Source of the DNA: Lama glama
Lineage: Eukaryota
Length of the DNA: 64,000 bases
Assembly: GCA_028534125.1 (NCBI GenBank)
Contig: CM052817.1
Span: 99,326,001 to 99,390,000 of the forward strand
Direction of reading: 5' to 3'
Translations under genes and position numbers: made by a program
The notes under the pieces: model-generated
Told to the model about the DNA's origin: nothing
Database searches by the model: none
The model's input: the letters and a program-made list of their open reading frames with translations, nothing else
In this document: positions 63,774 through 64,000 of the stretch, piece by piece
Layout of the letters: every line of letters starts with the position of its first letter
How positions within the stretch are numbered: position 1 is the stretch's first letter

Positions 63774-64000
63774 TGTTTGTTTGTTTGTTTTTGGAAAATT
63801 ATGTTTTAATGGGTGGATTTTCTGAGAACTTCAAGCTCAGGAGACAGCCTCTCAGACAGCTTTAAGGGACTGCTCCAGGTGTATATTTTGTTTTATCTTC
63901 TTTGTGAACTGACACTTTTATCATTATATACTTTACTTCTTTTATCTCTTACAAACAGTTTTTGACTTAAATCCTATTGTTTTCTAACATAAGTACAGCT
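60095..64000 (-). mobile_element. Degraded L1 (L1MA/L1MB-like) 3'UTR plus ORF2, same orientation as LRBA, running off the window end
   Basis: Antisense L1 text throughout (TCCCACCAACAGTG, TATTCTGGATATTAACCC, GTCATCTGTGAACAGAGATAATTTGAC, GGCCTCATAAAATGAGTTTGGAAGTGTTCCC). Confidence 0.92.
63706..63792. repeat. Compound microsatellite (GT)n(AT)n(GTTT)n
   Basis: Direct reading; followed by an ~80-bp non-L1, LTR-like fragment (~63800-63878) inside the L1. Confidence 0.92.

Noticed and set aside
1..64000. Nested gene MAB21L2 (known to lie in an LRBA intron)
   Set aside because: No long + strand ORF is present; it lies in a more 3' intron outside this window.

Overview
AT-rich mammalian genomic DNA lying entirely inside one minus-strand gene, LRBA (LPS-responsive beige-like anchor, BEACH family). 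I traced 20 consecutive internal coding exons from 59814 down to 2610. All have GT-AG boundaries and compatible phases, and they join into an uninterrupted 3577-nt ORF (1192 codons + 1 nt). From recalled human structure these correspond roughly to exons 10-29. The introns hold typical eutherian repeats (L1, L2, MIR, MLT1/MLT2, MER31/MER34-like LTRs, hAT MITEs) and five tRNA-derived SINEs resembling the camelid Vic-1 family, so the source is probably a camelid (inference). I found no convincing previously undescribed biological system. The best leads are modest: two identical 50-nt L1-tail micro-insertions (one beside a splice acceptor), a tiny L1 insertion with apparent 3' transduction and 5' inversion, an unidentified polyA-signal-bearing insert in an L1, a diverged ~160-bp local duplication, a perfect 55-bp tandem duplication, a GC-rich patch and a few candidate regulatory motif clusters. 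Repeat subfamily names are from visual recall of consensus sequences, not from a search, and repeat boundaries are approximate.
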